Notes: generated from the sequence alone by a model not told the origin. Positions 1 through 7,537 are shown, counted from the first letter of the stretch. The stretch is 20,000 nt of DNA from an uncultured virus (IMG/VR IMGVR_UViG_2660238034_000001) (IMGVR_UViG_2660238034_000001); one strand, 5' to 3'. Numbers and translations are program-made.

Positions 1-981
1 TGTCGCTTCGGCGAACTCAGCTACGAGCTCAGACAATGCTACCCACGGAGAATAAAGACTGCTGATATGGAACCCGACAATACCTTTTATTTCGGGGTGC
101 TCCGGAATCCAGACCCCTTTAGCCAGCCAGTCAACATCTGGCTTCCCTGGTCCACGGATAACATCGCCGCACTCACGACATTCGTAGCGAGCCGTTTCAG
201 GCAACGCTTCCCCCATGTCGTTCTTATCCCATTTCACTTGCGACCATTTCAGTACCTGCATAGCCCCGCAGCAGGGGCAAGGCACATGGTAATAACGCTG
301 ATCCGAGAGCTTGAACCACTTATGAATGTTGCTCGTTTTTTCTAACACAGGGGTAGAAACAAACACTTTTTTGCGGTTATGGAAGTTTGTCGTTCGTTGA
401 ATACCCAGCTTTAATGGATCGCCTTCCTGCGTCACACCGTAACGGTCGATTTCATCAGCTAACAATATTCGAATTGGACGGGAAGCAAGACCAGCTGGCG
501 AGTTAGCGCCAACCAGCGCCACATACCCCCCCGCATAGTGTTTCATACGGATCGTAGTGCTGGACTTTTTAGCCGCGCCACGACCTTCTTTCCCTTCACG
601 GAGCTTATTCTTTAATCCCGGAGAATACTTAAAGGTGGGATCGATACGCTCTTTCGAAAAGGCTTCAGCTGCTTCAACTGTCGGGTAAATCATCAGCTGT
701 GGTGAGGGTTCCTGATCGGTAAAATACCCCATCACGTTGAGCTGCATTTCTGACTTACCAATCTGCGAACTACACTGCATGACTACCGTTTCAGTATCAG
801 CATCGCCAATAACATCCATCGGTTCACGCAGGTAAGGTACTCGACTGGTGCGCCACGGCCCCGGCTCGGGAGAAGTTCCCGGCGCCACATGACGATATTT
901 ATCGGCCCACTCAGAAACGGTTAGCCGTGATTTTGGGCGAAGCGCACGGAAAAACGCGGTGCTCCATACTGTTTCGCCCAT
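1..981 (-). CDS. Terminase large subunit, lambda GpA family (3' part runs off window)
   Basis: Manual translation from ATG 981: MGETVWSTAFFRALRPKSRLTVSEWADKYR...GPWRTSRVPYLREPMD...SSQIGKSE (Walker A)...LASRPIRILLADEIDRY (Walker B)...VSTP...VPCPCCG...GFHISSLYSPW. The frame stays open to position 1. Confidence 0.95.
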   Translation of the reverse strand, partial: MGETVWSTAFFRALRPKSRLTVSEWADKYRHVAPGTSPEPGPWRTSRVPYLREPMDVIGDADTETVVMQCSSQIGKSEMQLNVMGYFTDQEPSPQLMIYPTVEAAEAFSKERIDPTFKYSPGLKNKLREGKEGRGAAKKSSTTIRMKHYAGGYVALVGANSPAGLASRPIRILLADEIDRYGVTQEGDPLKLGIQRTTNFHNRKKVFVSTPVLEKTSNIHKWFKLSDQRYYHVPCPCCGAMQVLKWSQVKWDKNDMGEALPETARYECRECGDVIRGPGKPDVDWLAKGVWIPEHPEIKGIVGFHISSLYSPWVALSELVAEFAEAT

Positions 982-986
982 GCGGT

Positions 987-1532
987 TTATTCTTCCTGCT
1001 TAATAAATCGGGATTCCTGAAGCGCCTGAAGCGCAAAATTAATCTCATCCTCAATGATGCGTTCAATCTCCCTTGCCGTTTTTCCCTCACAGCGCGGGGC
1101 GGCACGGGGAGCAATACTAAACAACCGACTTCTCAACTCGTTTGCAGCGAGAAAAGCATCATCAGCAACGGTATCTTTAGCTATAAGCGATCCTTCTTTT
1201 TCTTCGTACTCCAGCTTTTTTAATTTCGCCTGATAAACCTTTTCTGCGGTCTTGGCCTTATTGAACTGTGCAGCGACGGCAGTCGCACCACCAGCTAATC
1301 CAGCATCATCACCGGGTAGTTCAGGCTCGGTTGATCTGTGGCCTTTTTTACCGTTAATGGCTGAGGCTTCCCGGCCAACCTGTTTACTCGCCTCATACGC
1401 AGTACTGGCTGTATCAAAATCCAGTTTTCCGCTTTTCAGTACAGGTATCCGGCCAGACGCACATAACTTTGTGACCATCGCCGGAGAGATGCCTTTTCGC
1501 CTCGCAAATTCTGACTTACTGACGATGGCCAT
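987..1532 (-). CDS. Terminase small subunit (Nu1-like, N-terminal winged HTH, C-terminal coiled coil)
   Basis: MAIVSKSEFARRKGISPAMVTKL HTH and AKLKKLEYEEKEGSLI coiled coil. Directly upstream of terL. ATG 1532 overlaps the upstream stop (TGATG); the track start at 1541 is less likely. Confidence 0.85.
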   Translation of the reverse strand: MAIVSKSEFARRKGISPAMVTKLCASGRIPVLKSGKLDFDTASTAYEASKQVGREASAINGKKGHRSTEPELPGDDAGLAGGATAVAAQFNKAKTAEKVYQAKLKKLEYEEKEGSLIAKDTVADDAFLAANELRSRLFSIAPRAAPRCEGKTAREIERIIEDEINFALQALQESRFIKQEE

Positions 1533-2122
1533 CACTGGCACCTGTCAGCGAGGTATTTCACAAACCCTTCATGGGTCTCATGCGCATCGTGGTACTGGCG
1601 GTATACATCCAGTAACAGCGCAATCTCTGTATCAGTTGCCGGGATACGGTCTTTATCAATGGTGAGATACTTAATCTGAACGATCGGCGGTGCGTCATCT
1701 TCCTCAGATGGGGGAGGCTCAACATTTAACATATCGTCAATCTCAGAATCGCTAAATCCGAGTAACTCAATGTCAAAATCGCTATCAACCAGCTCACTGA
1801 CTTCTTCGGCAAGCAGCTGCATATCCCATCCGGCATTTAATGCCAGCTTGTTATCAGCAATGCGATAGGCTTTTTTTTGCTTTGGTGTAAGACCCGTTAG
1901 CCTGATGACAGGTATCTTCTCTATCTCCAGAACTTCAGCAGCAGTCAGACGTCCATGCCCCGCAATAATTTCATTGTCCTCGTCGATCAGCACCGGGTTC
2001 GTAAATCCAAACTCCCGGATGCTGTTGACGATTTGATCCACCTGCTCATCAGAGTGAGTTCGTGAATTTTTAGCGTAACGAAGCAGTTTGCCACGCGGCA
2101 AATATTCGATTTTTAGCATCAT
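1532..2122 (-). CDS. ParB/Srx N-terminal domain protein
   Basis: NSRTHSDEQVDQIVNSIREFGFTNPVLID...IIAGHGRLTAA...YRIADNKLALNAGWD, the ParB domain usually fused to phage DNA methylases. Confidence 0.9.
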   Translation of the reverse strand: MMLKIEYLPRGKLLRYAKNSRTHSDEQVDQIVNSIREFGFTNPVLIDEDNEIIAGHGRLTAAEVLEIEKIPVIRLTGLTPKQKKAYRIADNKLALNAGWDMQLLAEEVSELVDSDFDIELLGFSDSEIDDMLNVEPPPSEEDDAPPIVQIKYLTIDKDRIPATDTEIALLLDVYRQYHDAHETHEGFVKYLADRCQ

Positions 2123-2144
2123 TTTTTCACCACGATTGTCAGTC

Positions 2145-2473
2145 GGTAAAAGAAAACCGAGTAACCCAATGAAAACAAAAAGGAAATTAGAGGATCTTTT
2201 TACCCATGGAGGGTAAAAGAAAACAACATAATTGTCTGATTTTATTGCATTTTAATGGATAAAAAGGATCTAAATCGATGCAATGAGTAAAAAAATAGAT
2301 ATAACAGACTGAAAATAAAGAGCTTTGTTTAATCTTTTGTTTTTAAGGTTAAAAAAATAGATGTAACTCGATGATATTTAAGATAAATAACCATCTTCTT
2401 TTTACCATTAGCAAACCAGCTAAAAACACTATTTTCCTTCTATAAATCAATCAGATAATTCAATTCTTTTACC
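2145..2473. repeat. cosB-like array of five ~55-70 bp units (GGTAAAA box + IHF-like site, some with closing TTTTACC)
   Basis: Units start at 2145, 2212, 2286, 2347 (+) and 2473 (-). IHF-like TAA-N5-TGAWW sites lie at 2162, 2229, 2302, 2364, plus an inverted one at 2445-2457, each 16-17 bp from the box. Confidence 0.7.
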
Positions 2474-2522
2474 GATCACTTTTAACCTAACTTTTCCGGC
2501 GTTCAGCTAGTCGATTCTCAGG

Positions 2523-2564
2523 GTTCGAATGACCCGCATTCAACGCTCTTGGCCAGAAGGACCC
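2523..2564 (-). other. cos site: cosQ (GGGTCCT, 2564-2558) and predicted cosN (GGTCATTCGAAC, 2534-2523)
   Basis: The heptamer is identical to lambda cosQ and lies upstream of terS/GpA. Applying lambda's 23-nt spacing lands on the partly symmetric GGGTCATTCGAACCC. Confidence 0.7.
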
Positions 2565-2630
2565 AAAGGGGTTGGCAGGTGATCACACAGGCTGTCAGCC
2601 AGCCGCAGCACGCCGCACACGCGGCGAATA

Positions 2631-3347
2631 TTAGTCGAACTTCTTAGCAAGTAACTCATCAATAGCCTTTGCAATCTCATCAGTGAAGGCCGCTTCACCA
2701 GCCCGCAGAGCAACACCATGCCAGTCAAGCCGTTGCGAATAGTTAGGTCGTTGAATGAATGTAAGGATCAGCGTAGGACGCCGCCCAACGCGCTGCCACA
2801 CGCCAGGCTGTAGCGGGTTACTCGTACCAGGACGAATAACAAAGAACTCCGTAGGCTTGCCCTGACGGCGGTTCTGATGCACATCGCGCTGCACACGCAG
2901 ACCGGACAGCACTTGCTGCAATTGCCCCCGGTTAATATTCCCGTATTTATCCCGCTTTGCGCCGGGGCCAGGGGCAACCTGCCAGCCGTTCGGCAGATAA
3001 CCACCAGCCCTCAATGCACCTTCAGAGCGCTTATATTGGCGCTCTCCCCCTTCAATCTGCGGCGTTAGCGTAGTTGGCGCAGGTGTACCGCCCCACTCCC
3101 GAGCATAAACAACAGCTTTGGGATTGTTTTTTTTAGCGGCCAGAATATATGTTGAGTTCAAAATCCACGGCGTCGGGTTGTCGAACACACGGCCGATTTC
3201 ATCCTTCAGTGCCATCTGCGCCGCCTTAGCTGTTCTGGTTGCCGTAAGTGCCATCGCAAACGGTATTTCACGTTCTTCCAGACGTATGAGCTGGCGCTGA
3301 ATGACCTGAGCGTCAAAATCCAACTTAACTTCAATATTGTCAGCCAC
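2631..3347 (-). CDS. Phage protein, probably gpZ/HK97 gp10-like tail completion family
   Basis: IPFAMALTATRTA...VFDNPTPWILNS...PQIEGGER...PGPGAKRDKYGNI motifs. GTG 3347 follows a GGGGAG SD; the track start at 3404 is probably too long. Confidence 0.55.
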   Translation of the reverse strand: MADNIEVKLDFDAQVIQRQLIRLEEREIPFAMALTATRTAKAAQMALKDEIGRVFDNPTPWILNSTYILAAKKNNPKAVVYAREWGGTPAPTTLTPQIEGGERQYKRSEGALRAGGYLPNGWQVAPGPGAKRDKYGNINRGQLQQVLSGLRVQRDVHQNRRQGKPTEFFVIRPGTSNPLQPGVWQRVGRRPTLILTFIQRPNYSQRLDWHGVALRAGEAAFTDEIAKAIDELLAKKFD

Positions 3348-3400
3348 CAGCTCCCCCTGCTTAATCATATGGTCCACGAAGTACAGACGCCTTTTAGCAC

Positions 3401-3681
3401 TCACGGCCTGAGGCTCATGTTATCTTTGAGGATGTCGAGTACGTCCGTCTGGTCTATCTTAACGAGACGATTCAGGATGTATGTCGCATTTATGCCAATC
3501 AGATCATTGCGTTGCGCTTTGAGTTCAGCAATTCTGGATTGGATGTCAGGTTTTGACATGTTTTCGGACGCGGTACGGTTAGCTGTCTTTGCGCTGTACC
3601 CCGCCCGAATATCCGCTTGCGTGGCGTTTAAATCGATGAGGTACTCGCGACAGAACGTCTCTTGTTTGCGGTGAGTGACAT
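3401..3681 (-). pseudogene. Frameshifted, truncated terminase small subunit (Terminase_2 type)
   Basis: ATG 3681 MSLT, then a 1-nt loss near 3668, then KQETFCREYLIDLNATQADIRAGYSAKTANRTASENMSKPDIQSRIAELK...MSLRP*. Confidence 0.88.
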
Positions 3682-3705
3682 TTTTTTATTGCCCGAAGAG
3701 TTTTT

Positions 3706-4242
3706 ATGACTATCTATTACACAGTAGACCGTGCTGGTCATCATGGTATGCCAAACCCACTTTCCGCTGGCTTAGTGATTACAGCATCGGAGAGCTTCAA
3801 CCATTTGCCTCCCAATATTGCTACACATCTGTCAGCATTGCTTCCAGGTGATTATTCTCGTCATGGGAAGCAATATTTGATTGACAACATTGCCATGACT
3901 AATCACGCAGGGCATCCAATGGAGATAATACTCGAGTTGATTAGACAAAGAGATTATCCAACCAAGCCATCAAGGTTACAGTCTGCCTTTGGTTGCTTAT
4001 CCTTATCAGATGCAGATTCTTTCAGAAAGCTAAACAACAGATTTTCCAGCGCTCCTATTTTTGAGATTTCGCCATTAAATCAGCAAGCTCATGTTGCTGA
4101 TATGCACTTGTTGAGTATCGCTTGCCCAGCTCATGAATATCTCAATAAATGTCATCTTTATTGGCGGGGATTGCCTGGGCAAAACCCTTTTTGGGAGGCA
4201 GTTATTCCATTACCTGCAACAGTAGGAAATCAAGTGGCTTGA
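3706..4242 (+). CDS. DUF2441-family protein (ADP-ribosyltransferase-like fold), moron
   Basis: ELIRQRDYPTKPSRLQSAFG...IFEI...ADM...YWRG...PFWE motif pattern. Opposite strand to the late operon and AT-richer than its flanks. Confidence 0.75.
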   Translation: MTIYYTVDRAGHHGMPNPLSAGLVITASESFNHLPPNIATHLSALLPGDYSRHGKQYLIDNIAMTNHAGHPMEIILELIRQRDYPTKPSRLQSAFGCLSLSDADSFRKLNNRFSSAPIFEISPLNQQAHVADMHLLSIACPAHEYLNKCHLYWRGLPGQNPFWEAVIPLPATVGNQVA

Positions 4243-4382
4243 AAGAGAACGGGCTAGGGATGCTTTTCAATAGACTCGCAGTCCTGTTTTGCCATTTTAA
4301 CCCTCAGTTTCTTGAAAACTATTTAATCAGATGTATCTTTGATAACGCAGTATCAACGCTCTATTAATTCAAGGAATTTAGA

Positions 4383-4943
4383 ATGAAATACTCACAGCAA
4401 GAAAAACTACAGATCATGATGCTCAGTGATATTCACCGAGCATTAGAAATTGAAAACTCATTTGATCCTGACCTCATTGACGAAGCAGTCAGCACGGATA
4501 ACTACTGGGCTTTATCCTGGGAATACCCAAGCCTTCAAGCTGAAAACGAGGAGACCCCTTGGGAGGTCCAACTATTCGTTGATGCCTATGATATGTATGA
4601 CATTCTCCAATACACATACGAACGTTTCAGTGCGGAAGATAAAGCAGAGGTTGCCGAAACTATTCGTAATTTCGATGAAAAATTCTCACTCACATTCCCT
4701 GGGTTTGACGGTAACAACGAATCAAAGTTTCTTTTGATTGGTAGTTTATTGAAACGGATGGGAAGGTTTAGCGGCAAAGACGCTCTCACTCGGAACTCTC
4801 ACATGCCCTCTGTTGCAATTTACCAACGTATGCTTGAAGTTTTCCTTCCAGCTCGAGCTAAAAATTGGATTCACAATGTGGGCATAACTAAACAAGATTT
4901 TATCGATACACTCAACGCGAGAGTACACCCAGAAAATCGTTAA
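4383..4943 (+). CDS. YfbU-family protein, moron
   Basis: DMYDIL...FPGFDGNNE...GRF...NSHMPSVAIYQRML signature; AAGGA SD. Confidence 0.88.
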   Translation: MKYSQQEKLQIMMLSDIHRALEIENSFDPDLIDEAVSTDNYWALSWEYPSLQAENEETPWEVQLFVDAYDMYDILQYTYERFSAEDKAEVAETIRNFDEKFSLTFPGFDGNNESKFLLIGSLLKRMGRFSGKDALTRNSHMPSVAIYQRMLEVFLPARAKNWIHNVGITKQDFIDTLNARVHPENR

Positions 4944-4947
4944 GAGT

Positions 4948-4971
4948 TAATGCCCGTAAATGCGGGCATTA
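4948..4971. terminator. Hairpin between convergent yfbU-like and Rz genes
   Basis: TAATGCCCG-TAAATG-CGGGCATTA. Confidence 0.7.
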
Positions 4972-5517
4972 TTCATCATGGAGCCCTATTACTTTGTCAT
5001 AGGTGCGCTCACAGGCATTTCCGGCGACATAACGCTCATCAGCCTCTTTTGCGAACTTTCCCGCCAGATCGTCAGCTTCGCCAAGCAACTGGGCGAGCAG
5101 TATTCCGGTCTCGGCTTTTGCCTGGCTTGCTGCGGCAAGAGCGGAAAGCCTGCCGGTTTCACTTCCTGCGAGCTGCCGTTGTACTGCTGCGAGCTGCTGT
5201 TGCAGCCCACCGCGAGCACGCTCAGCAGCATCAGCATCGGCCTGTATTTTTGCCAGTTCTTCATCAGCTCTTTTCCGTTCTTCATCTGCGGCGTGCTGGC
5301 GACGCTGTTCTTTCGCTCGTTCGGTTACTTCACGCTGCAATGCAGCGGACGCATCGGTAAGGTCTCGTTGCGCCCACTGGTATTTCCAGGATGTATCCGC
5401 TTTCTGATAACCTCGTGAATAACACCAGTACGCACCAGCACATAACAAAAAAGCCACCAGCAGTATTTCTGCTAATGGCTTCCAGAATTTTTTAAGCAAT
5501 ACAGGTAACAGATTCAT
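4969..5517 (-). CDS. DUF2514 protein, Rz-like inner membrane spanin
   Basis: N-terminal TM segment, long Ala/Glu/Gln coiled coil, C-terminal CERTYD; overlaps the endolysin stop. Confidence 0.85.
   Translation of the reverse strand: MNLLPVLLKKFWKPLAEILLVAFLLCAGAYWCYSRGYQKADTSWKYQWAQRDLTDASAALQREVTERAKEQRRQHAADEERKRADEELAKIQADADAAERARGGLQQQLAAVQRQLAGSETGRLSALAAASQAKAETGILLAQLLGEADDLAGKFAKEADERYVAGNACERTYDKVIGLHDE
4989..5264 (-). CDS. Rz1-like outer membrane lipoprotein spanin embedded in Rz
   Basis: MKNWQKYRPMLMLLSVLAVG-C lipobox, Pro-rich mature part with two further Cys, alternate frame inside Rz (alternative start 5285). Confidence 0.75.
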   Translation of the reverse strand: MKNWQKYRPMLMLLSVLAVGCNSSSQQYNGSSQEVKPAGFPLLPQQARQKPRPEYCSPSCLAKLTIWRESSQKRLMSVMSPEMPVSAPMTK

Positions 5518-6128
5518 ACCAGCACCGATTTTGCTTTTTCAAAGCGCTCTCGCCTGTCACCGATGCCGTTCTGCCCTCCGTTAATGATCTGCGTAACGCG
5601 TACCAGGTCGCCGGAGTATTTCAGACACCCTCTAGTCACAAAAAACCACGCTGCGGAACGGGCGGCATGACGATCCAGCTCAAGCTGTCCCGGATTCGCC
5701 ACCAGATCCAGTTTCAGGGCAACGCCGCATCTGGTGTAATTCTCCAGCCCAGTAATCTGGATAAGCCCACGCCCGCGATACTTCCAACCATCTCCGGCGT
5801 CTTTGTTACCCATGCGGCCGCCATAAACCAGATTGGCTATTTGTGGCTGGTGGGCAACCTGGCGACCATCAATACGCCCCAGCATTTCGCACTGATAAGG
5901 CGTAAGGCGTTTACCAAACGTTTTTTTCAGCGCCTCCACCGAATAATTAAAGCTTTCCTTCAGAACAGTAAATCCTGCTGATTCATGTCCCGTTTGTGCA
6001 ATGAACATGGCCTGATCCAGTGGTGCAGTAATACCGAATTCGCTCATTGCCGCCGTAATATGCGGATACCAGCGCGCAGAAAGCCCGGCGCTAATACCAG
6101 CCGCCTGCTGAAATTGTTGTTGATTCAT
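5514..6128 (-). CDS. Endolysin, glycoside hydrolase family 19
   Basis: AMFIAQTGHESAGF...E..NY...GDGWKYRGRGLIQITG..NY...INGGQNG. Confidence 0.93.
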   Translation of the reverse strand: MNQQQFQQAAGISAGLSARWYPHITAAMSEFGITAPLDQAMFIAQTGHESAGFTVLKESFNYSVEALKKTFGKRLTPYQCEMLGRIDGRQVAHQPQIANLVYGGRMGNKDAGDGWKYRGRGLIQITGLENYTRCGVALKLDLVANPGQLELDRHAARSAAWFFVTRGCLKYSGDLVRVTQIINGGQNGIGDRRERFEKAKSVLV

Positions 6129-6409
6129 CAGTGCCTCAGTGCATCAACCAGACGCGCCACATTACCGCGAGCCCACAGCACAGCAGCGCAGATAAGGATA
6201 TTCACCATCACCACCAGCCAGTGGGATGATTCATATAAACCAAAAACAAACCGGAAAGGGACGCTGGCATATACCAGCACCATGACATAGGCCAGTAACG
6301 AAATCAGGGGGCGGTGTGTCGCATCACCGCGTCGGTAAAACATCAGAACGATGACTATTACCCCACAAATTACGGCATTCAGAATTGCAGAAGGGTCATT
6401 TGCTACCAT
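6128..6409 (-). CDS. Putative 3-TM phage holin
   Basis: 93 aa with three hydrophobic segments, ends ARGNVARL, directly upstream of the endolysin. Confidence 0.8.
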   Translation of the reverse strand: MVANDPSAILNAVICGVIVIVLMFYRRGDATHRPLISLLAYVMVLVYASVPFRFVFGLYESSHWLVVMVNILICAAVLWARGNVARLVDALRH

Positions 6410-6785
6410 TTGATCCCCCTCCCCTGATACGAGAAAGAATACTGAACAGGCTGTTCAGATCCTGACTGTTAAGAAAAGTGAGAAACTTTATACACATTGC
6501 AGAAATAATCACTGCGCCAAGTGCATCCAGTGGTTTTTCATAATGCGTTATTGCCGCAAGCTTAGTACCTATCAACCCGGCGCCAAGCACTCCCACAATA
6601 AATGACGTGATAAAATAAGCGACCAGCCTGATGCGTCCGATGTTGGTTGCCGTGGCGACATAAAATACCGAGCCGGCAAAAGCGCCGAATACCACACCAT
6701 AGTCGGTTCCGGTTGCCAGACCAAATACACTGGCCCCCATTAATCCACCAGCCAACACTGTCGCACTGGATACAGGTTCGGACAT
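6396..6785 (-). CDS. Putative holin/antiholin membrane protein
   Basis: TDYGVVFGAFAGSVFYVA motif, multiple TM segments, first gene of the lysis cassette, GAGGGG SD. Confidence 0.8.
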   Translation of the reverse strand: MSEPVSSATVLAGGLMGASVFGLATGTDYGVVFGAFAGSVFYVATATNIGRIRLVAYFITSFIVGVLGAGLIGTKLAAITHYEKPLDALGAVIISAMCIKFLTFLNSQDLNSLFSILSRIRGGGSNGSK

Positions 6786-6830
6786 TCATCCCCCTCTGGT
6801 TGTGTGGGTCCTCTCAGTTATGAGGGGAAA

Positions 6831-6856
6831 TAAAAAAGGCCGCCGAATGGCAGCCT
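6831..6856 (-). terminator. Rho-independent terminator
   Basis: Minus strand AGGCTGCCA-TT-CGGCGGCCT followed by a T run. Confidence 0.75.
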
Positions 6857-6871
6857 CAAATGGAATATGTA

Positions 6872-7060
6872 TTAAATTGGAGGTTCTAACGGTCCCGCCA
6901 GAATCTCAGCCTCTCCGTTGTGACAAATGTCATCGCCCTGCGTCAGATGCCAGACACCAATAATAGTCTGACCAGTTTCCAGGTCCTCGGTTACGCCGTG
7001 GGTGTAGTAAGCAACCTGAACCCTGCCGTTGTGCTGTATCCAGTAGAAGCCTTCTTTCAT
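6872..7060 (-). CDS. Small hypothetical prophage protein (62 aa)
   Basis: MKEGFYWIQHNGRVQVAYY...; GAGGAG SD and its own terminator. Confidence 0.75.
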   Translation of the reverse strand: MKEGFYWIQHNGRVQVAYYTHGVTEDLETGQTIIGVWHLTQGDDICHNGEAEILAGPLEPPI

Positions 7061-7148
7061 TCTAATCTCTCCTCTTCTTAAGAGGAGTTTAGCTATTGGG
7101 ATTGCAGGTTGGCGTTAGAAATACTAAATCATCAATGAAGTATTTCTC

Positions 7149-7225
7149 TGGTCCGCCATCGAGGATTCGAACCCCGAACCACAGAGGTAGAAGCTCCGTG
7201 CTCTTTCCAGTTGAGCTAATGGCGG
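7149..7225 (-). tRNA. tRNA-Arg (anticodon TCT)
   Basis: CCGCCAT/ATGGCGG acceptor stem, GCTC/GAGC D stem with A20, CGGAG-CTTCTAC-CTCTG anticodon arm, GTTCGAATC T loop, A73 and encoded CCA; 77 nt. Confidence 0.92.
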
Positions 7226-7255
7226 AAAAAATTGACCAGTGAAGTCCACTGGTCA
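7226..7255 (-). terminator. Rho-independent terminator just upstream of the tRNA
   Basis: Minus strand TGACCAGTG-GACTT-CACTGGTCA-ATTTTT. Confidence 0.75.
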
Positions 7256-7458
7256 TGGGTCATGCAGTTGTCTCTGCGAAACGGGTGTATCCCCACCCAG
7301 TGTTTTCAGTATCGAGAGCATTATCAAATGCCATATTAACTATAGCATCGCAGAAAAAAGTCATACTGATAATTCCCAATGACGCACTTCTGAAAGGCTC
7401 TATGGTTGTATTGCGTTGTACATAGCGCAAAAAATACCGATTGGCAGACTTAGAAATG

Positions 7459-7484
7459 GAAAACCCCGCACGATGGCGAGGCTT
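7459..7484 (-). terminator. Probable tR' terminator
   Basis: Minus strand AAGCCTCGC-CATCGT-GCGGGGTTTT, about 50-70 nt after pR'. Confidence 0.65.
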
Positions 7485-7537
7485 GAATTTGTTTGGTCGA
7501 CGATTGAAGCTATGGCGACAATATCAGATTTACATAA

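Noticed and set aside
67..1665. Track ORFs 67-345, 911-1114, 927-1223 and 1252-1665
   Set aside because: Shadow frames of terL, terS and the ParB gene, with no recognisable motifs
2145..2473. Possible CRISPR-like or iteron array
   Set aside because: The repeats are degenerate, AT-rich and mixed in orientation, and there are no cas genes. Their position between cos and terS fits cosB better.
3369..3674. 101-aa plus-strand ORF
   Set aside because: Antisense of the terS pseudogene
4339..4356. FNR box
   Set aside because: TTGAT and ATCAA are 8 bp apart rather than 4; kept only as an unassigned dyad
4950..5418. Plus-strand ORFs of 136 and 152 aa
   Set aside because: Antisense to the doubly coding Rz/Rz1 region and start inside the terminator hairpin
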